Origin: Candidatus Oxydemutatoraceae bacterium
GTDB lineage: Bacteria > Pseudomonadota > Gammaproteobacteria > Poriferisulfidales > Oxydemutatoraceae
Length of the DNA stretch: 64,000 nucleotides
Assembly: GCA_965220085.1 (NCBI GenBank)
Contig: CBDCOZ010000003.1
Coordinates: 1,824,001-1,888,000 of the forward strand
Direction: 5' to 3'
Under the pieces are notes generated by a model, which saw only the letters and a program-made list of their open reading frames with translations, was not told where the DNA came from and did no database searches. Numbering within the stretch: position 1 is the first letter of the stretch; each line of letters opens with the position of its first letter. A program made the position numbers and the translations under genes. Of this stretch, positions 58,997-64,000 are shown one piece after another.

Positions 58997-61900
58997 CTAC
59001 ACTAATCCCATAGAGCAAATAAGACTGGGTTCGCGTTGCTGATTAATTTCGTCGATTATGCACAAACTACCAGACTCGCGGAAACTAATAACTCGTTCCG
59101 CCAAATCTTTATCTTCAATGCCTGATTTGATTTGACGGTTCAGAGTGTCTTTGGCATCTTGATAAATAGGATGACGGTAAATTTCCTCCATTGCTGAGTC
59201 AATCTGGCGCACATAGTCGTCGGTAATAAACATATCACGATGCTTTCCCAGTTTTTCGCGGTAGCGCTTGAGTCGTTCGTAGGTCTTGAAGCGCGCACCA
59301 GAAGGACGACCCAATGCGCCGCCGGTAGTCTTTTCTTCTTCCACGATATGTTCCAGCCCCCTTTGCGTGAGGTCATGATGTTGCTCCGCCCGAGGCATTG
59401 CTTCAGTGTCTTTAGAACAAGCGGCCGCTTTCAAAATGGCAAGTTGGGATTGCGTGACGGAATTGCCGGACTCATCCATCCAAGTCAACACGTCGTTGTC
59501 CTGTCCGGTGCGCATATACACCAGCACCCCTTTGGCGATCGATTTGTTTTCGCGGGCTTTGGTGGCATACGCCACATTCGGCATGGCCTTGACCTTTGCC
59601 GCCACATCGGGATCAGCATCGATGGCATCCTTCCATATCTGATAGGCATAAGAGACAAGATCCACTTCTTCGTCGCCTTCGGCTTCGTCGTCCAGAACAT
59701 CGCTCTTTTCGTTATACAAGTTGAGAATGACCTGTTTCTCTTCTTCGTCGTCAAAGAATGACTCATCCGAGCCCACCACTTCGGCATTTTCATCAAGACG
59801 CTGTTTGACCCGCGAGCGCAAGCGAATAAGACGCTCCACGCCATCGGTTGGCAAAAAAGAATAGCAGAGAATCTTTTCGGATTGCTGACCGATGCGGTCC
59901 ACACGACCGGCGCGCTGAATCAAACGGATGATTGCCCAAGGCAGATCATAGTTGATAATGATGGCGCAGTCTTGAAGGTTTTGACCTTCGGATAACACAT
60001 CGGTAGTGATGAGCACCCGCAACTCTTCCGACTCCGGCACAGCGTCGCGCTTGTCATTGGATTGCGGAGAGAAATGCCACGCCAGTTCGCTCGGATCTTC
60101 GCTGTCCCCTGTCACCAGCGCCGTCTGTCGGATGCCCTGCGCATCCAGTCGCTCCTTCAGGTATCTGGCGGTGTCGGCAAACTGGGTAAATACCAACACC
60201 TTCTCGTTTGCATGCTTATCGTGCAAGAGCGAGATTAGCGCATCCAATTTGGTATCCTGCCCCGATTGCCAAACACCACAATCGTTGAGTACTTTGATTA
60301 ATACACTGGCATCTGCGCGCAAATCTTCAACTAACTTCTTTTCAAAGAAATTGCTTGGTAGCCATCTGAAACGTTTATGGAAATCTTCGCCACTATAAAT
60401 CTCATAAAGAGATGATGCACGGCTGCGATAATCATCTGCGTTGTACAAGCCAGACGAATTATTGATGGTTGCTACCGAAATGTCGTCCGGCCCTTCTTCG
60501 TCATCAGTCGCGTTCATCAATGAGCTACCATCTTGGTCCTTATCGGTGAAACGTTCATCAAGCAATGCGGCATCTTGCGGGCCAAGTGGAATGTTCAAGC
60601 CGTTCTCTATGGCATGAATTGCAACGAAGTTGCGCAGAAGGTGTCGTTCGAGCGAAAGCAGAAACGACGGGCCGGCGCTCTCCAGACGCTTGAACAAATT
60701 AGTGCGGCAAAATCCCATCAGGCGGGTCTGGGCACGGGATAAATCGGCGATAATATTTTTTTGCTCTGGTGACGTTTCCAAACCCTCCTTGAGATAGAGA
60801 CCCAAGCCGTAGCGCGGAAGGCTCAAAGAATTAATTGCGCTCACCACATCATCCGAATAGAAACGGGCGTAAGGATCGTCGGGGTTGTTTTCGTCAATCT
60901 CAAACTTGAGGGTTTTGGGAACGCGCTGCGGGAAATAGGATTTTTCCCCGCTGGAAAATTCAAGATACTTGCCGCGCGTATCTTGTTGCGCGTAATGCCG
61001 CTCAATAAAACCGCGCGTACGCCGCACCATATATAAGCGCATGAGATCACGCCAGTCATCCGGATGCTCGCTCTTCTCAAAAGCGGCGATGGAGCGCACG
61101 GGGCACTGATGGTTGCGAATAAATTCGGGTTCCCCGCCTATCTCCGCAATGAGCTTTTCCGGTCGGATGCCCAAGTCCTGATCTTCCCGCAGGAACAAGC
61201 CAAGTTGCGCCGCCAAGTCTAGATAGGTCTTGTTGTATGGGGTAGCAGAGAGCAGGATGCACAGGCTTTCGTTGTGCTCAATATAGTCGCGGATGGCACG
61301 CCACCGTTTTCCTTCTTTATTGCGAAGGTTGTGAGACTCGTCAATCAAGACCACTTTGTAGCGCCGAGTCTTGGGCAATTTATTTATCACCTTGGATATA
61401 GGCAACACCTTTGCGCGCAGTTGGTAATTGTGGACATAATCTTTCCACATTGATACCAGATTTTTGGGACAGAGAATGAGTGTTTCGGTGTGGAAATCCT
61501 CTTCAAACACCTTGGCAAGTGCTGTTGCCATCATGGACTTACCCAGCCCGACTACATCACCGATTAGTACCCCACCGCGCTTGTTCAGATGGTGGGCGGC
61601 AATCTTGACGGCGGCGACCTGAAAATCAAATAGGGTATCACCAAATATCTTCGGGATATTGAACTCCGCTAAGCCGGAGTGCGCATCCTGCGACAAGTGA
61701 TAAGCCATTTTGAGGTAGACATGGTACGGGGGGATGAGGCGTTCGCCGGCCCAACTCTCGTCAATGATGTCGGCCAACTCGTCTGATATATCGAGACACC
61801 ACCGATCCTGCCAGCGATCTTCAAACCATTGGACTAGTTTGTCAGTAGCGTCGGAGTCCAACACATCAATATTTAGCTCGCCTTGCTTGGACAAACCGGC

Positions 61901-62394
61901 TAGCGTGAGATTACTACTGCCGAGGTAACCTACCACGGGATTGACGGGTCTTTGCGATGTAACAAGTAGAGTTTGGCATGCAAGGAATGGCGCAGATGGA
62001 CCTTGACGAAGAGCTTTTTCTGCCGAATCTGTTGGGCAAGCTGCCGCAAAACAGATTCATCTGCGTTATTTGGTGCACCAAACGTCAGCTGGTTGCGGAA
62101 CTCCTCGGCAATCCGATTCTTTTCCTGAGTAACGGTTTTGTTGTCGAGACTAAGGCCCTGCTCGTTGCCGCGCAACGCCTGTCGCAATTCCTCGCTGGGA
62201 GTAATGTGCATGCCGATGAGTAAGCGACAACAGTTGCCCTCACCACCAGACCATCGATCCGCATACTGCGCAAGGTGTCGCCAGCCGCGCAGGTTGAAGT
62301 AGCCAACGCAGAAATCGGCGCGCTCGGCAACTTGCAATGTCTCTTGCAACGCAGGCAGCAGAGATGTTTCTATGTTGTCAAAGATGCGCGGCAT
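58997..62394 (-). pseudogene. PLD-nuclease + SNF2-type helicase, split by a 1-nt frameshift near 61945 (pseudogene or sequencing error)
   Basis: ORF 61930-62394 ends 'HAKLYLLHRKDP'. The next frame continues 'VNPVVGYLGSSNLT', then 'DVVGLGKS', 'IDESHN', 'LSATP', 'SEGQNLQ' and 'QRAGRVDRIGQ'. Confidence 0.85.
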
Positions 62395-62547
62395 GTGGTT
62401 TCTTTATTTTTAGAACTTTGGAAATCCGGCGGGTCATCTCAGCCCCTCAAGGCAAAGAACCATTTACTCAAAGCAAAAGTATATCGCAGTATGGAAAAGC
62501 ATACTAGGAAGCATTGACTTAATAGCACAGCCGTATAAGCTAGATTT

Positions 62548-64000
62548 ATGGCAAGCAATGCATTAAAAGATAATGAGGCAAAGGTAAAGAGCCTTCAGGA
62601 ATTCGTCGCTGAAGTTGAAAAGCCACAGGAAGAATCAACGACAACCTCAAAGATTGTTTACCGCGGTCAGGCTGGAAACTGGAAAGTAGAATCAAGCGCA
62701 TATCGGCGGCTTCATAGCAATGTCTCAGAACCATCCGCAGATGATTTAGTGAAATATCAGGAAGACCTTATTCACAAAGCCAGGCAATACGACATAGAGA
62801 TTAAAAACGACATGTCCGCCATCACCGTACTGTCAGAATTACAACATTATGGAGCGGCAACCAGTCTGCTTGATTTCACTAAGTCTGCTTTGATTGCCTT
62901 ATGGTTCGCCTGCCAACAGAGCAAAAGAGATAGTGAAGATCAAATGGATGAAATGGATGGAAAAGTATTTTGCCTAGATGTCTCTGACACCCGAAGGTTC
63001 CTACAGTTGAAAGGAAAAGAGCAGGAAAGCAGGCCTATCCGTGAAGTTTTAGAGTTGAAGTTCCAGAAAAAGGATGGGGATGATAATTCTATGCCTCTGG
63101 ACGGAGATTTAAATAAGGCTACGGCAATATGGGAACCCGCGATGGCAAACAACAGAATAATAAAGCAGGACAGTCTCTTTATCTTTAATAAAACAGGGAA
63201 GTTAGATACCACAATGTTTCAAAAAATACTTGTCATTCCGCCTGATTGTAAAGAGAAGATTCGCGAATCATTGAAAAATACAGCGGCCTTCTCAGAGGAA
63301 TCATTGTTTCCGGACTTTTACGGGTTTGCTCAGAATAATAGCTATGACATCCCTTACGGACCACAGACTGTGAAGGAATATATTGCATCCGGAATAGAGA
63401 GACTTCAGCAAAATGACATGAAGGAAGCCAAGAAATATTTTACGGTAGCAATCGAGCGTGAGCCACAGAATAGCTACGCATATGTCATCAGAGGAGTGGC
63501 AGAAAGGTGGCTCAAGCAATACAAGGAAGCCATCGCCGACTTTGATGAGGCAATCCGGCTTAGCCCACAGGATAGCTTGGCATACGCCCGAAGAGGAGAG
63601 ACAAAAAGATTACTCGGACAATACGAAGAAGCCATCGCCGACCACGATGAGGCAATCAGGCTTAACCCACAGGATAGCTTCGCTTATGCCGGCAGAGGAT
63701 TGGCAAAAAGATCGCTCAAGCAATACAAGGAAGCCATCGCCGACTACGATGAGGCAATCAGACTTAACCCACAGGATAGCTTCGCTTATGCCGACAGAGG
63801 ATTGGCAAAAAGATCGCTCAAGCAATACAAAGAAGCCATCGCCGACTACGATGAGGCAATCAGACTTAACCCACAGGATAGCTTCGCTTATGCCGACAGA
63901 GGATTGGCAAAAAGATCGCTCAAGCAATACAAAGAAGCCATCGCCGACTACGATGAGGCAATCAGGCTCAACCCGCAGGATAGCTTCGCTTATGCCGACA
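62548..64000 (+). CDS. FRG-domain protein with C-terminal TPR repeats (runs off the window end)
   Basis: Missing from the ORF track. Manual translation gives 'IVYRGQ..NW..ESSAYRRL', 'LQHYGAATSLLDFT.S.LIALWFAC' and 'NNRIIKQDS.F', then 34-aa repeats 'QYKEAIADYDEAIRLNPQDSFAYADRGLAKRSLK'. Confidence 0.9.
   Translation, partial: MASNALKDNEAKVKSLQEFVAEVEKPQEESTTTSKIVYRGQAGNWKVESSAYRRLHSNVSEPSADDLVKYQEDLIHKARQYDIEIKNDMSAITVLSELQHYGAATSLLDFTKSALIALWFACQQSKRDSEDQMDEMDGKVFCLDVSDTRRFLQLKGKEQESRPIREVLELKFQKKDGDDNSMPLDGDLNKATAIWEPAMANNRIIKQDSLFIFNKTGKLDTTMFQKILVIPPDCKEKIRESLKNTAAFSEESLFPDFYGFAQNNSYDIPYGPQTVKEYIASGIERLQQNDMKEAKKYFTVAIEREPQNSYAYVIRGVAERWLKQYKEAIADFDEAIRLSPQDSLAYARRGETKRLLGQYEEAIADHDEAIRLNPQDSFAYAGRGLAKRSLKQYKEAIADYDEAIRLNPQDSFAYADRGLAKRSLKQYKEAIADYDEAIRLNPQDSFAYADRGLAKRSLKQYKEAIADYDEAIRLNPQDSFAYAD
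63510..64000 (+). repeat. 102-bp near-identical coding TPR repeats
   Basis: 'AAGCCATCGCCGAC' recurs every 102 nt. Confidence 0.92.

Noticed and set aside
63610-63927. Minus-strand repeat ORF
   Set aside because: Antisense of the TPR repeats of the FRG gene.

Overview
A 64 kb chromosomal window from a proteobacterium. The 16S gene reads as gamma/beta-proteobacterial. The many cadherin, FN3, TPR and pentapeptide repeat proteins and defence genes suggest a host-associated lineage such as a sponge symbiont (inference). In order, the window holds: two paralogous giant GLUG/FN3/cadherin adhesins; an H4MPT/methylofuran-type cofactor biosynthesis cluster with pabB; a pentapeptide protein; a DpnII-like R-M pair; a stand-alone 16S rRNA gene; TA, Fic and HsdR_N-RAMA genes; a translationally coupled array of four secreted Ig-like proteins; a zeta toxin; housekeeping genes; an sNOR-type norS-norY-senC-orf1 cluster; and a ~19 kb defence island (IrrE peptidases, DUF4145, FTCD-IrrE fusion, ASCH, SIR2, SLOG/DprA-like, methylase, PLD-SNF2 helicase, FRG-TPR). 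The strongest candidate for an undescribed system is a family of Sec-exported surface proteins of 288-3997 aa that all end in the same C-terminal motif, (L/I)RLRLR(L/I)FLEGPLR*. This looks like an unrecognised sorting or anchoring signal. Four of these genes form a stop/start-coupled variable/constant array, and the first gene of the array is out of frame across a poly-C tract. All family assignments come from motif recognition by eye; no database searches were run.
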